This document shows, piece after piece, positions 48,577 through 49,152 of a stretch of 49,152 bases of DNA. Made by a program: the position numbers and the translations under genes. The DNA is from Clostridiales bacterium. Its GTDB lineage: Bacteria > Bacillota > Clostridia > Saccharofermentanales > Saccharofermentanaceae. The DNA is taken from assembly GCA_017513085.1 (NCBI GenBank), contig JAFWDK010000035.1, forward strand, positions 1 to 49,152, given 5' to 3'. Every line of letters starts with the position of its first letter. Position 1 is the first letter of the stretch. The notes under the pieces are model-generated. The model made no database searches. It was given only the letters and a program-made list of their open reading frames with translations, and was not told the DNA's origin.

Positions 48577-48770
48577 GACTATTTGACTTAAAAGAGTTTA
48601 CTAGAAAGCGGCAAAGAAATCAAGTCATTTCTACCTATCCCCTTCTCTTTTTTTCAAAGCAGGTAGCTGCCATTCCCGCCACTGCTGCGTGGAGTGTGAT
48701 CAGCCGGATACAAGGCTGGGTGGTCCGAATAATACTATCCCGTAGCGCTGGTTAAATTGTTATTGTCAAC

Positions 48771-48792
48771 GCGGTTAGTTATGACTAACCGC
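48771..48792. promoter_or_regulatory. GCGGTTAG-N6-CTAACCGC palindrome (feo-type box)
   Basis: Perfect match to GTTAG-N6-CTAAC. Confidence 0.5.
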
Positions 48793-48796
48793 ATGG

Positions 48797-49152
48797 TTTA
48801 CTGTTAAAATCTTCAAAATCGATGTTTTCACCAGTAAATTCCTGCCCTTTTCCGACCCATTTACTGGTAAAATCCTTCAAAATGCGAATTCTACCAGTAA
48901 ATGTCAAAAAAAGAATTCAAAAAAGTCGATTTTTTACTGGTAAAATCACTGAAATCGAGGATTTTACCAGTAAATGCCAGAGTTAGTCTAAACTAACTAC
49001 CATGTTTACGGGCAGATTCGACGATTTGCTCCATTTAGCCCGTAAATTTTGCCGTTTTTTGAATTCTTTTCTTGACATTTACGGGCTAAATCAACGTTTT
49101 CTTCATTTCAGCCCGTAATACCCTCCGAAAAGCACTGGATTTTACGGGCCAA
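48797..49152. repeat. Array of about 42-bp inverted-repeat units (TTTACTGG...CCAGTAAA x3, then TTTACGGGC...GCCCGTAAA x2 plus a partial)
   Basis: Units start at 48797, 48860, 48933, 49005, 49078 and 49141; runs off the window. Confidence 0.85.
48981..48998. promoter_or_regulatory. AGTTAG-N6-CTAACT palindrome (feo-type box)
   Basis: Perfect match to GTTAG-N6-CTAAC, lying between the two repeat subtypes. Confidence 0.5.

Noticed and set aside
48658-48750. GC-rich stretch with small hairpins upstream of tRNA-Val, considered as HDV-like ribozyme or riboswitch
   Set aside because: Could not build the HDV nested pseudoknot or match any aptamer consensus by eye; a cmscan would settle it
48718-48790. 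Canonical Y-RNA-like stem (GGGTGGTCCGA ... TGACTAACC)
   Set aside because: The 3' half is better explained as part of the perfect GCGGTTAG/CTAACCGC palindrome, the pairing has mismatches, and it is 21 kb from the Ro-like gene

Overview
Bacterial chromosomal window, most consistent with an anaerobic Firmicute (Clostridia-like, inferred from DUF4214/BspA surface proteins, feo layout and sigmaA promoters). Left to right: a secreted LRR-PASTA-DUF4214 protein running off the left edge, an FAD oxidoreductase, a MurD-CapA fusion, a VOC-domain protein and a two-component pair. Next is a long minus-strand run: feoA-feoA-feoB, Cys-rich peptide, DtxR-family regulator, FkbH, ACP, MBOAT, SGNH/DltD-like protein, DUF4214 protein and a second Cys-rich peptide, preceded by four GTTAG-N6-CTAAC boxes. 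Then a PD-(D/E)XK-like nuclease gene followed by a G-rich tract and a 63-bp palindromic array, a putative RNA-repair locus, several membrane/housekeeping genes, a 2011-aa BspA-type LRR protein, tRNA-Val(GAC) and further repeat arrays. The best candidate for an undescribed system is the RNA-repair locus. Two tandem 61-70 nt hairpin RNAs share an 8-bp-stem + UACAGCAA design, one with a tRNA-like T-arm. They lie directly upstream of a DUF2828 (Ro/TROVE-like vWA) gene and rtcB, next to a PHP phosphoesterase and a WYL-WYL pair. Other leads are an apparently metal-regulated glyceryl-transfer (dlt-like) cassette inside the feo operon and helically phased palindromic repeat arrays. All family calls are from motif recognition by eye; no searches were run.
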